Positions 44,551-52,415 are shown, numbered from the stretch's first letter. The stretch is 57,108 nucleotides of DNA from an uncultured Oscillospiraceae bacterium (GCA_964495965.1 CAZBXX010000001.1:1-57108); one strand, 5' to 3'. Notes: generated by a model not told the origin, from the letters alone. Made by a program: numbers and translations.

Positions 44551-46626
44551 CTACCTCGGATTCGTGGATTCCGCCACGCGCCTGCGGGCATTGGCGGTGA
44601 TGCTGCTTTCCTTGCTCTCACTGCCCGGCGCGATCCGCTCCGGATCAATCTCCGTCTCCGGCAGCTGCTGCCCGGTCAGCGCCGCAAACTGCATCTGCAT
44701 GTCCGCGGCCAGTGCGGTGCCGTGCTCCGCGTCAAGCTGTTCCGCCAGCTGTATTGCCAGCTCCTGCGTCCGGATCAGCATCCGCAGCAGCGTCTGGTTC
44801 TGCTCGATCTTCCGGATCACATCGTCCTTCCGGTCAAAGTCCATCATGTCAAGGCAGGCCAGCGCAGCGTCGGCGTTGTTCGGCGCAAAGAACCCGGCAC
44901 CGTAAAGCTGCAGCGCCAGCTCGTTCTGGGCCGCCCTGCTGTACGGGCTCTCCTTCTCCGCCGTTACCTCGATGTCAAATACCGGCAGCCGGTACCCGAC
45001 CTCGACGCCCATCTCCATCGGGACCCCGTTCACCAGTGTCCCCTGCGGCTGCGGCTGCAGCCCGGCATTGGAATACTGGATGAACTCTTCCGCGCCTCTG
45101 TCGCCCAGAATCCGGAACCATCTCGGCAGGTCCGCAAACTGGCGCCACAGCTCGATCACCTGATACGTCACTTCCCGGTACGCCCGGTAGCTGCCCTTGT
45201 TCCCGTCCCGGTCCAGCCTTGAGCCCGCTTCCTGCATCGCCGCAATCGCTGAGGCCGCCGTGACGCCGTGCGTGGTACCGCCGGTATTCACGTCCCGGTT
45301 GCCGGTGGTCTCCTTCAGCTCGGTAATCTTGTTGGCAAGGATCGTCTCATACAGGCTGTTCAGCGGATTCGTGGCGATCGGCAGGATGCTGTCAGCACCC
45401 AGATTACCGTCCACGTGCACAAAGTCCTGAGTAACATCGGCAAACTCCTTCTCGTTCACGCCGCCGCCTTCGCGTATGAAGTGCCGCGGCCGGGCATTGA
45501 AGAGCATGTTCTGCAGGATGGCCTGGTCCCCGCGGTCGATGTACTCCTGCGCGCTCTTCGCGATGTCCACATAGCCAAAGCCTGCGATGGTCCCCTTGCA
45601 GCGGTACATCCGGTCCACCACAAACGGATACTCCCCGTGCTCATACCAGCCGTTCTCGGCATACTCCGGGTCGTTCTCGGTGGCAAACAGCGGGTCCGGG
45701 TATCCTGCCACAAACTTGCAGTAATGCAGCACGGTCTTCCCGTTGGCCGCCTGCTTCTTGTAGTACCAGTCCACCACCGTGCTCTTCTCGGACGTCTCCA
45801 CGGTCTCGTCAAAGGTGTATTTCGGCACCTGAAACACCGGCCCGCCCAGCTTGTCCTTCAGCTCCGGGTACTGCTCTTCCAGCATGTCGTTGTCTTCCAC
45901 TGTCACAAAGAACAGGTTCCGGCTGGCCTGCAGCTCCGTGATCCCCGGCTCCCAGAACAGATTCATCAGGTCCACGCACTTGATGTCGATGTCGCCCAGC
46001 CCGTTGTGCTTGGTCTTGTTCCAGAACACGCCGTACACGCCGGTGCCGCTCTCGAACTTGTCGTCCATCACGTCGGAATAGGTCTTCTCAAAGCCGCACT
46101 GGTCATACAGCACCGGGATGATCGCGCTCAGGGCCTTCGCTTCGCCCTTGTCGCTCTCTTCCCGCGGCAGGATGTTCGCCCTCGGAAAGTTATCCATCGC
46201 GCTGGCGTGCCGGTTTGCGATGGAATTATGCAGCCACGCGCTGGTGGGTTCTACCTGCTTCGGGCCTTTTCCGTGCTCCCGGTTCCGCATATACTCCCAG
46301 TGCCGCAGCGTATACCACTTCTGATTCTCCAGCAGGCGGCCCTCCAGATTCGCCTTCCCCTGCCGGTAGCGCATCAGTGTCTCCGTCGCCTCGGCGATCT
46401 CCGGCTTTGAGACGGGCAGCCGCTGAAACGGCTCAATCTGTCCCACGTCCGGCACCGCGCTCATGTCCAGGCTCTGCAGCACCGCCACGTCGCCTTCCGT
46501 GCCCGACGGCATCGCGCCAGGCTGCGCGGCCGTCGCCGGTCCCGCTTCCGGCAGCGTGAAGGCCACCCCCGGCATCATGCCCGGGTCCTGCGGCAGGATG
46601 TCTCTGAATCGGTTATTTCTCGGCAT
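44551..46626 (-). CDS. portal protein
   Basis: 691-aa ORF overlapping the 3' end of the large terminase gene and preceding protease/scaffold/capsid. The call rests on position and size. Confidence 0.75.
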   Translation of the reverse strand: MPRNNRFRDILPQDPGMMPGVAFTLPEAGPATAAQPGAMPSGTEGDVAVLQSLDMSAVPDVGQIEPFQRLPVSKPEIAEATETLMRYRQGKANLEGRLLENQKWYTLRHWEYMRNREHGKGPKQVEPTSAWLHNSIANRHASAMDNFPRANILPREESDKGEAKALSAIIPVLYDQCGFEKTYSDVMDDKFESGTGVYGVFWNKTKHNGLGDIDIKCVDLMNLFWEPGITELQASRNLFFVTVEDNDMLEEQYPELKDKLGGPVFQVPKYTFDETVETSEKSTVVDWYYKKQAANGKTVLHYCKFVAGYPDPLFATENDPEYAENGWYEHGEYPFVVDRMYRCKGTIAGFGYVDIAKSAQEYIDRGDQAILQNMLFNARPRHFIREGGGVNEKEFADVTQDFVHVDGNLGADSILPIATNPLNSLYETILANKITELKETTGNRDVNTGGTTHGVTAASAIAAMQEAGSRLDRDGNKGSYRAYREVTYQVIELWRQFADLPRWFRILGDRGAEEFIQYSNAGLQPQPQGTLVNGVPMEMGVEVGYRLPVFDIEVTAEKESPYSRAAQNELALQLYGAGFFAPNNADAALACLDMMDFDRKDDVIRKIEQNQTLLRMLIRTQELAIQLAEQLDAEHGTALAADMQMQFAALTGQQLPETEIDPERIAPGSESKESSITANARRRVAESTNPR

Positions 46627-48151
46627 TTCTGATGATCTCCATTCTTGGCTGCACTCTTCTCGGTGTCAGGTCGTCCTCTTCAATATCCAAAAAGACTTTC
46701 AGCGGATTCTTGTAATACAGGCTCGGCGGCGTCAGCTCCCGCGGCTTGATCGGCCGCATCATGCAAAAGTACCGCGCTTCATCCGCTGCGTGGTCCTCGC
46801 CGTCCGTGTCCACGTCTTCCGGTGTCGTCTCGCTGTACTGCAGGGAAGGGATTGTCCGGATGAACGCCTTGCAGTTCTCGAAAACGTACATCATCGGGAA
46901 TCCGTTCTCGTCGAAGCTCATCCGGTAGTGCATCTGGTCCCAGCCCGGCAGCCGCTTATGGTCTCCCGGCTGAAACACCACTCCGTGCTTCTGGGCGGTC
47001 TCCGCCAGACTCGGGCCGCCGTTCTCCTGCCAGATGGCCGGATCCGCCACACCCTGAATGCGTTTTCCTCTCAGCCAGCGGTGCTCCGTCTCAATCCGGT
47101 GGATCTCGCTGAACACCTTATCCGCCGTCCAGCGCAATCCCTCGTTGGGCGTGTCCGTGCATCCGTACATCTCCAGAATCCGGTACGCCACTCCTTCAAA
47201 GTCCACAGCCCACCATCCCACGCTGAACGGTCTCCGGTAGCCCCAGTCGAAGGACCGGTACAGCTTCCACTGCTCCGGGATCTCAAAGGGCTCGATCACG
47301 TGCACGAACCGGCGCTCCCGCCTCAGCTGCTCCGCGCTCTCCTGAAAGCCCATTGTCACGGCCGCGCGGGTATCCGGCTCAATCCGGAAATCCTCAAAAA
47401 ACATCCCCGCAAAGCTGTCCCAGTCCCCGTACAGCAGCGCGTTGCGCTCCTTCTCCGGCAGCGCTGCCAGTCTCGCCGCGTACTTGGGGTCGTTCTCCAT
47501 CAGGATTCTGTTGTCAAACAGCGTGAAGGGCACGAATACCCGGCTCAGATTCAGCGTCTCCGTCTGCCCGTCTGGATGCACCAGCTCCACCTTGTCCCAG
47601 ATCGTCTGCTCCGGCCTGCCCGCTGTGATAAAGCGGTCCTTCACCCAGCCGTGTCCCACGCCGCCCGGGTTCCCGCTGCTCATCCGGAATACCCGCGTCC
47701 CCGGGCCGTTCGGCCGGTTACGGGACGACAGGTAGATGTACTCTTCAAACAGGAAGTGCGTCAGCTCATCAAAGCCGATAAAGTCAAAGGCGCGCCCCTG
47801 ATACTTGTACTTGTCTTTCGTGTGCTCCAGATTCCCGAACTCCACCTTGGCTCCGCTCGGGAAGGTCCACGTGTATTTGCTGCCGTTGAAGCGCGCCCGC
47901 GGGAATGCTTTCGGATAATACCGCTCCGCCTTCCCCAGCAGCTCTTCCAGCTCCTTGTACGTCTTTCTCAGGATCAGCGCCCGGAAATGCGGGATATGCA
48001 CCTGCGCCAGCGGTGCGATGGTGATAACCTCGCTCTTTCCGCCGCCTGCGGCGCCCCCGCCGAAGATCTCATCCTCGCCCCGGCGCATCATGGCCGCCTG
48101 CCTCGGCTGCGGCTTCCAGATCACGTTACTCAGGCGGAACCACCTCATCAA
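46613..48151 (-). CDS. terminase large subunit
   Basis: 512-aa ORF with Walker A 'GGGAAGGGKSE' and Walker B 'FDFIGFDELTHF'. C-terminal nuclease-type acidic motifs 'DWGY' and 'DGEDHAADEARY' are present. Confidence 0.9.
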   Translation of the reverse strand: MMRWFRLSNVIWKPQPRQAAMMRRGEDEIFGGGAAGGGKSEVITIAPLAQVHIPHFRALILRKTYKELEELLGKAERYYPKAFPRARFNGSKYTWTFPSGAKVEFGNLEHTKDKYKYQGRAFDFIGFDELTHFLFEEYIYLSSRNRPNGPGTRVFRMSSGNPGGVGHGWVKDRFITAGRPEQTIWDKVELVHPDGQTETLNLSRVFVPFTLFDNRILMENDPKYAARLAALPEKERNALLYGDWDSFAGMFFEDFRIEPDTRAAVTMGFQESAEQLRRERRFVHVIEPFEIPEQWKLYRSFDWGYRRPFSVGWWAVDFEGVAYRILEMYGCTDTPNEGLRWTADKVFSEIHRIETEHRWLRGKRIQGVADPAIWQENGGPSLAETAQKHGVVFQPGDHKRLPGWDQMHYRMSFDENGFPMMYVFENCKAFIRTIPSLQYSETTPEDVDTDGEDHAADEARYFCMMRPIKPRELTPPSLYYKNPLKVFLDIEEDDLTPRRVQPRMEIIRNAEK

Positions 48152-48716
48152 TCTGCGGCAGCAGGATCACGCCGTATTCCTCGCTGTCTTCCACAATCCG
48201 CGTCTCGCTGCGGAGTTTCTCGATTCTCGCCTTCTGCTCTTCAATGTCCAGTGCGGTCCTGTTCATGCCCTTCAGGTCTCTCAGATCCTTCAGGGCCCCG
48301 GTCATCAGCTTGATGGCGCCCGCGTTCGTCACGTCCATCCGGCAGATGGCGTCTTCCACCTTGTCCAGCAGGCTGTCCACGATTCTGGCAAACTTCACGG
48401 TCTCGCTCTCTGCTGGCAGTATCCGGTCCGGATACAACTGAATCACCGGCACCGCCGGTGCCATTTCAATGGTGCCATTTTCATCTGGTGCCATTTCGCC
48501 GGTGCCATTTTCATCGGCGCTGTTTATTGCCTCATCCACCGCGGTCTCGATCTTACGGACCCTGGTCTCTTTCCGGCCCTTGACCCAGCCCTGCCTTCCG
48601 GCAGCCTTCTTCAGCGTGTCCAGCGGCACTCCGTATTTCCTGGCAAGCGCGGCATAGCTCAGCCCGTGCTCCTGATAGTCTTTTTGTATCTCGGTCCAGT
48701 CCCGGTGCTTTCCCAC
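48126..48716 (-). CDS. terminase small subunit
   Basis: 196-aa ORF with the N-terminal HTH 'GLSYAALARKYGVPLDTLKKAAGRQGW'. It overlaps the TerL start. Confidence 0.75.
   Translation of the reverse strand: MGKHRDWTEIQKDYQEHGLSYAALARKYGVPLDTLKKAAGRQGWVKGRKETRVRKIETAVDEAINSADENGTGEMAPDENGTIEMAPAVPVIQLYPDRILPAESETVKFARIVDSLLDKVEDAICRMDVTNAGAIKLMTGALKDLRDLKGMNRTALDIEEQKARIEKLRSETRIVEDSEEYGVILLPQIDEVVPPE
48457..48516. repeat. 30-nt tandem duplication containing four GGTGCCATTT(T)C copies inside terS
   Basis: Copies lie at 48457, 48471, 48487 and 48501. They encode the peptide repeat 'ENGTGEMAP / ENGTIEMAP'. Confidence 0.7.
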
Positions 48717-48733
48717 AAGGGTCAGCCTCCTAT

Positions 48734-49057
48734 TCAGGGTTCTGTGGTTTCAGGCGTCTCAGGCGTCTCAGGCGTCTCCAGTGCCGTGACTCTCTCATCA
48801 AGGCCCTCGATGTCTCCCTCGGCCGCCGTGACTCTCTCATCAAGGCTGCTGATGCTGTCGGCAACATCGCCCAGCATTTCATCCGTCGCCGATTCTCTTG
48901 TCCCGCTCGGCCTGTTCGCCAGCATATCCGCGATACACGCGGCTGCTTCGTCCGGCACCGTCACTTCCACACCGGTCGCGTAAACATACTTCGTGTTATT
49001 GATGCTTACTGTAATCCTGCTCCCGATGTCGGCAGGAATCGTAATCTTTTTTGACAT
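48734..49057 (-). CDS. small repeat-containing phage protein upstream of terS
   Basis: Start at ATG 49057 (AAAGGGGG RBS); the longer track ORF would read through a terminator. It contains a 9-nt x3 repeat (ETPETPETP) and a duplicated 'LDERVTA' segment. Confidence 0.55.
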   Translation of the reverse strand: MSKKITIPADIGSRITVSINNTKYVYATGVEVTVPDEAAACIADMLANRPSGTRESATDEMLGDVADSISSLDERVTAAEGDIEGLDERVTALETPETPETPETTEP

Positions 49058-49090
49058 TTCGGCTGCCCCCTTTGGTTCTGTTGCTGTCAG

Positions 49091-49127
49091 TATAAAAAGC
49101 TGAGGCGGGGAATCGAATCCCCGCCCC
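49091..49127 (-). terminator. intrinsic terminator between the early/middle genes and the packaging/late genes
   Basis: On the minus-strand RNA, the stem GGGGCGGGGA pairs with UCCCCGCCUC around loop UUCGAU, followed by AGCUUUUUAUA. It lies 6 nt after the stop of the 71-aa ORF. Confidence 0.65.
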
Positions 49128-49133
49128 TGAAAA

Positions 49134-49349
49134 TTATTTGAACTTTTCTTCCAGCATCTTGGCAATCGGGCACTCGGCCCATCGGTCATAGCAGAATCTT
49201 CTCTTGTAGCCCTTGGCGTTGCCGCTCTTCCCGTCCTTGGAGAGCCTGATGGTCCATCCCGGACCCACGCCCTCACAGGTAATGCTCTTGGCGTCTTCCA
49301 TCTGGTAGAACGGGCACTGCGCCGCCGTGCTTACATAGCCTCTTGCCAT
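49134..49349 (-). CDS. small Cys-rich protein (4 Cys; possible Zn-binding regulator)
   Basis: 71-aa ORF with a GAGGTGAGGGA RBS and cysteines in 'QCPFY', 'ITCEG', 'RFCYDRWAECP'. It is the last gene before the terminator that precedes the late genes. Confidence 0.55.
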   Translation of the reverse strand: MARGYVSTAAQCPFYQMEDAKSITCEGVGPGWTIRLSKDGKSGNAKGYKRRFCYDRWAECPIAKMLEEKFK

Positions 49350-49353
49350 TCCC

Positions 49354-49527
49354 TCACCTCGTCAGCCTGGACCGTCTTTCCTCTTCCAGCACCCGGCCCA
49401 TCTGGGCACGGGCCTCTTCCAGCTCCTTCAGCGCCGCCTGCCACGCCGTCCACGTCTCATGGACCGTGACCTTTGCATTATCAATGCGCTGCTGGATCCG
49501 CTGCTTCCGGACCGTGAACTCATTCAC
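49354..49527 (-). CDS. possible 57-aa coiled-coil miniprotein (GTG start)
   Basis: My own translation reads (M)NEFTVRKQRIQQRIDNAKVTVHETWTAWQAALKELEEARAQMGRVLEEERRSRLTR. It fills the gap between flanking genes exactly and is below the track cutoff. Confidence 0.3.
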   Translation of the reverse strand: MNEFTVRKQRIQQRIDNAKVTVHETWTAWQAALKELEEARAQMGRVLEEERRSRLTR

Positions 49528-49530
49528 GCT

Positions 49531-49815
49531 TCACTCTTCGCTTCCCGCCATGTCAGCCTGTTTTTCCTCTTCCTTCAGCCATTCGAGAAACAGTGATGTG
49601 CTTCCTGAACAGCAATAACCTTTACTTGTTGTCTGGTGTCTTGTACTTGTAATGGTTGAAAGCCAATCTGCCAGTTCCTCATCAGAGAGGGAGCGGATTC
49701 GGTCTGCGTTTGATGGATGTTTGTCCGTACAGTTGTCATCGCAAAAGGATTTGTGTTTGTTGTCTGTCCAGAGTTCGCACTCGTTATCTTTCGTGCGGTA
49801 AATACATCCGTTCAT
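49531..49815 (-). CDS. hypothetical phage protein (Cys-rich N-terminus)
   Basis: 94-aa ORF with 'CIYRTKDNECELW...FCDDNC' and 'ADRIRSLSDEELADWL'. An ATGA-type overlap links it to the upstream gene. Confidence 0.5.
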   Translation of the reverse strand: MNGCIYRTKDNECELWTDNKHKSFCDDNCTDKHPSNADRIRSLSDEELADWLSTITSTRHQTTSKGYCCSGSTSLFLEWLKEEEKQADMAGSEE

Positions 49816-50216
49816 GATTCACTCTCCTTCGGTGGCTCTGGTAACGGCATCCAGTGGGTGACCTTCCCAAGCCCCGATGGATAAGGGTCTGGTCTATTCT
49901 CAATCCACCCGAACTCGCAAGAGTCCCACGCATTCGCATCAGGCCTAAAATAACCGACAGCGCAAGCGTCTCCATCGGTAACAAGAACATCCTCATTCCC
50001 ATCCGGCAACCGCTCCGTCACTGGAATCCACTGTGGAACATAGCAGGACAGAGCAGTTGCAAACTCCGTCTCCTCGTCAAGCTGCTTTTCCAGTTCCTCT
50101 ATAGCATCGGCGGCTTGCCTACGGAGTTCCTCTGTGCCATCGTTGTTATACCGCCTAAGTTCGGCAATCAGTTCGTCATTGTTTGCTTCTTTTTTCATGG
50201 TTCCGATTCCTTTCAT
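49812..50216 (-). CDS. DUF551-like phage protein
   Basis: The C-terminal pattern 'WIPVTERLPDGNEDVLV...VTHWMPLPEPP' is typical of DUF551. The start is set at the ATG overlapping the upstream stop (ATGA); ATG 50198 is an alternative. Confidence 0.6.
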   Translation of the reverse strand: MKGIGTMKKEANNDELIAELRRYNNDGTEELRRQAADAIEELEKQLDEETEFATALSCYVPQWIPVTERLPDGNEDVLVTDGDACAVGYFRPDANAWDSCEFGWIENRPDPYPSGLGKVTHWMPLPEPPKESES

Positions 50217-50881
50217 TCCCCGCGGTACCGCCACGGGTCGTCTGTTGTTTTGTTCTTGTCGTATTCGGTATGCAGCACGCAGTCATTCCCGCCGTCCCGC
50301 ATCTCCAGATACACGTGCTCCGTCGTCAGGTAGGTCGGCAGCCTTCCGGTCTCCGCCTGCAGCAGCACTTCCAGCGCCCACTCAAACTTCTCATCGCTGT
50401 ACGCGCCTTCCGTCCGGTGAAAGTCATACTGCCCCGGCTGCTCCAGCACTTCCCGGACGCTCCCCGGGTACTGGCTGTGCATCGTCCGGATCACCACGTT
50501 CCAGCAATATGCCTTGAACGAGGCTTCCGTCTTCCACACGCCGCCGTCCCGGGCCAGTGCCACAGCGTCCTGGTTCCGTGCGGCTTCCCTGCTGGCTTCC
50601 CCACTCAGAAAATATTCCGCCGCCTTCTCCTGCTGCTGCCGGTCCTTGTAGTCCTGCACAGCCTGCTCGCTCAGATCCCGCAGCTCCGCTTCCTTCAGCT
50701 TCGCGCCGCGCCTGAACGCATAGCCGTACACACCCAGCGTCCATGCCGTCAGGATCCCGATGGCGAGGATCAGGATGCCGTAGCGCTTCGTAAACCGGCC
50801 CGCGTCAAAGCGCCGGGCCTTCGGCAGTGAGATCGGTTCCTCTGCCGCATACACCGGCAGCAGTTCTCTTGTGTTTTTCAT
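50213..50881 (-). CDS. membrane-anchored SleB/CwlJ-like cell-wall hydrolase domain protein
   Basis: 222-aa ORF with the N-terminal TM helix 'YGILILAIGILTAWTLGVYGYAF'. 'AYCWNVVIRTMHSQYPGSVREVLEQPGQYDF' resembles the Hydrolase_2 'NRv.s..fP.tv..Vv.qpgQF' core. Confidence 0.4.
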   Translation of the reverse strand: MKNTRELLPVYAAEEPISLPKARRFDAGRFTKRYGILILAIGILTAWTLGVYGYAFRRGAKLKEAELRDLSEQAVQDYKDRQQQEKAAEYFLSGEASREAARNQDAVALARDGGVWKTEASFKAYCWNVVIRTMHSQYPGSVREVLEQPGQYDFHRTEGAYSDEKFEWALEVLLQAETGRLPTYLTTEHVYLEMRDGGNDCVLHTEYDKNKTTDDPWRYRGE

Positions 50882-50951
50882 ACCCTTGTTCCGCTTCCTT
50901 TCCTGTTGTCAACCGGCCAATGTCAGTGAAAATCAGTGAAAATCCGACCGG

Positions 50952-51677
50952 TCATCCGAAAATATCCTTGATCTTCTCCAGCTGCGACACGTCAATGCTC
51001 TCCGGCGGCCTGTACTCTTCGGCGGTGGTGTACTTCTTCTGCTTCACCGGCTTCTCCGCGTCCTTCTTCGCCCACGTAATCAGCTTCTGTTTCCAGTTCC
51101 TTACCGGATTCCCCTGCCCGTCAATCCAGTCACCGGTGTTGTAGAACTTCCAGAAATAGTCCGCGTCCACGTTGTAGCCGTTCTCCTGCACATAGGCCCG
51201 GACCTCTTCCAGCGTCGGCGGCACAAAGCCCTTTTGCTTCCCGTTTGCTTCCGCTGGCGCCGGAGAAGGGGATACAGGGGATATAAGACATTTGTCCTTA
51301 TTCTTATTCTTGTCCTTGTCCTTATTCTTGCTTGCGGTCTGCTCTTGCTTCCGGTTTGCTTCCGGTTTGCTTCCGGTTTGCTTCGGGCTTTCCCTTGCTT
51401 CCGGTTTGCTTTCCGGCTGCTCTTGCTTCTCGTCTGCTTCCGCTTTGCCGCCCTTTTTCCCGTTCTCTGCTTTCCGCCTGCTTGCGTCCAGAACCGGTTT
51501 GCTTACCTCAAACACGACCGCTGCGATGTCCGGCAGCTTCTCCAAATCCGGCTCGATCCCGTTCAGCGCATAGTCCACAATCGCGTCATAGGCAGCGGCC
51601 CGGTCTGCTGCTTTCCGGATCCGCCGGATGGATTTGGCAAAGCTCGCATAGAATGTAAACTGTTCCCGTTCTTCCAT
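50952..51677 (-). CDS. phage replication-associated (replisome-organiser-like) protein with a low-complexity Lys/Glu/Pro linker
   Basis: 241-aa ORF with conserved-looking N-terminal ('FYASFAKSIRRIRKAADRAAAYDAIVDYALNG') and C-terminal ('PTLEEVRAYVQENGY..DADYFWKFYNTGDWID') domains. It lies directly downstream of ssb and contains the iteron-like array. Confidence 0.4.
   Translation of the reverse strand: MEEREQFTFYASFAKSIRRIRKAADRAAAYDAIVDYALNGIEPDLEKLPDIAAVVFEVSKPVLDASRRKAENGKKGGKAEADEKQEQPESKPEARESPKQTGSKPEANRKQEQTASKNKDKDKNKNKDKCLISPVSPSPAPAEANGKQKGFVPPTLEEVRAYVQENGYNVDADYFWKFYNTGDWIDGQGNPVRNWKQKLITWAKKDAEKPVKQKKYTTAEEYRPPESIDVSQLEKIKDIFG
51345..51417. repeat. 11-nt direct repeat array (TTGCTTCCGGT and variants), candidate origin iterons
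   Basis: Perfect copies lie at 51345, 51356, 51367 and 51395. Degenerate copies lie at 51378 and 51406. A T-rich CTTATTCTT/GTCCTT repeat tract (51290-51335) flanks the array. Confidence 0.6.
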
Positions 51678-51685
51678 CTCTCACC

Positions 51686-52111
51686 TCAGAAGGGCAGGTC
51701 CCCGTCATCCTGCAGCGCCGCATAGCTGCTCTGTGCTTCCGCCTGATACTCCTGCTGCTGCCCGCCGTCCATCTGCGCCCAGCCGCCTTCCCGGCGCTTG
51801 TCGTCTCCAAAGTAGATGTTCTCCACGTTAATCTCCCAGCCGGTCCGCTTCACGCCGCTGCGGTCCTCATACTGCCGCGACTGCATCGGTCCCGTGACGA
51901 TTGCCATCTTCCCTTTGAAGAAATACTTCATCACAAACTCCGCTGTCGCCCGCCAGGCGACACAGTCGAAAAAGTCCACGGTCTTCTGCTTCCCGCTGGA
52001 GCGGTCCCGGTCCACGGCCAGCGTGAACGACGCCACCGAAACCCCGCCCTGCGTCTGCCTCAGTTCAGGATCTTTTACCAGTCTTCCCATTACCGTTGTG
52101 TGGTTGAGCAT
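51686..52111 (-). CDS. ssb: single-stranded DNA-binding protein
   Basis: Start at ATG 52111 (AAGGAGA RBS, 6-nt spacing). The OB-fold N-terminus reads 'NHTTVMGRLVKDPELRQTQGGVSVASFTLAV' and the acidic tail reads 'DDGDLPF'. Confidence 0.9.
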   Translation of the reverse strand: MLNHTTVMGRLVKDPELRQTQGGVSVASFTLAVDRDRSSGKQKTVDFFDCVAWRATAEFVMKYFFKGKMAIVTGPMQSRQYEDRSGVKRTGWEINVENIYFGDDKRREGGWAQMDGGQQQEYQAEAQSSYAALQDDGDLPF

Positions 52112-52415
52112 AATCATTCTCCTTAAACTGTTCAAAATAGATTGCACTGTAGTCTTTTCCAAATTCGTTAATAAACCGCTTCACGCTCCAGCCCTGCTCC
52201 CGCATCACTTTCTGCTGCCCGCAGTGCTTCAGGTACAGCATGGTATCCGGGTTGTTGTGCACGGCATACTTCCCGAAGATGTGGCAGCGGTAATGGCACA
52301 GATACACCACCAGTCCGTATTTCTCGCTCTTCTTCCGGTACGCCCCGTTGAAGATATGGTGCCTGTCCAGCGGATCGCTGCTGCCGTTCCGGTCACAGAG
52401 AAAACACTTTTTCAT
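52065..52415 (-). CDS. Cys/His-rich (HNH/zinc-finger-like) phage protein, possible structure-specific nuclease
   Basis: The sequence begins 'MKKCFLCDRNG..LDRHHIFNG...LCHYRCH...VHNN'. An ATGA overlap links it to the upstream gene, and its 3' end overlaps ssb by 47 nt. Confidence 0.35.
   Translation of the reverse strand: MKKCFLCDRNGSSDPLDRHHIFNGAYRKKSEKYGLVVYLCHYRCHIFGKYAVHNNPDTMLYLKHCGQQKVMREQGWSVKRFINEFGKDYSAIYFEQFKENDYAQPHNGNGKTGKRS

Noticed and set aside
36486-48313. Long plus-strand ORFs across the virion and packaging genes (36486-39308, 940 aa; 39755-41032; 40891-42030; 41723-43138; 43141-44076; 44290-45222; 45268-46410; 46463-48313).
   Set aside because: The reasoning is the same. 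Each spans several well-supported minus-strand genes (capsid, portal, terminase with clear motifs) and has a mirror-strand amino-acid composition.
48734-49276. The 180-aa version of the ORF upstream of terS, and similarly the long versions 17264-17650, 55175-55507, 55855-56262, 56231-56515, 51686-52162 and 52412-52978.
   Set aside because: The N-terminal extensions read through a terminator or overlap upstream genes and lack an RBS. Internal ATGs with good Shine-Dalgarno sequences or ATGA coupling were preferred.
48457-51450. A CRISPR array or other spacer-repeat locus, suggested by the short tandem repeats at 48457-48516, 48751-48777 and 51345-51417.
   Set aside because: The repeats are 9-30 nt, directly abutting with no spacers, and lie inside coding frames. 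No cas genes are present.
52065-52111. The 47-nt overlap between the Cys/His-rich ORF and ssb as evidence of a programmed frameshift or a fused gene.
   Set aside because: No slippery heptamer is visible. ssb has its own strong AAGGAGA RBS inside the overlap, so a simple overlapping-gene arrangement is more likely.
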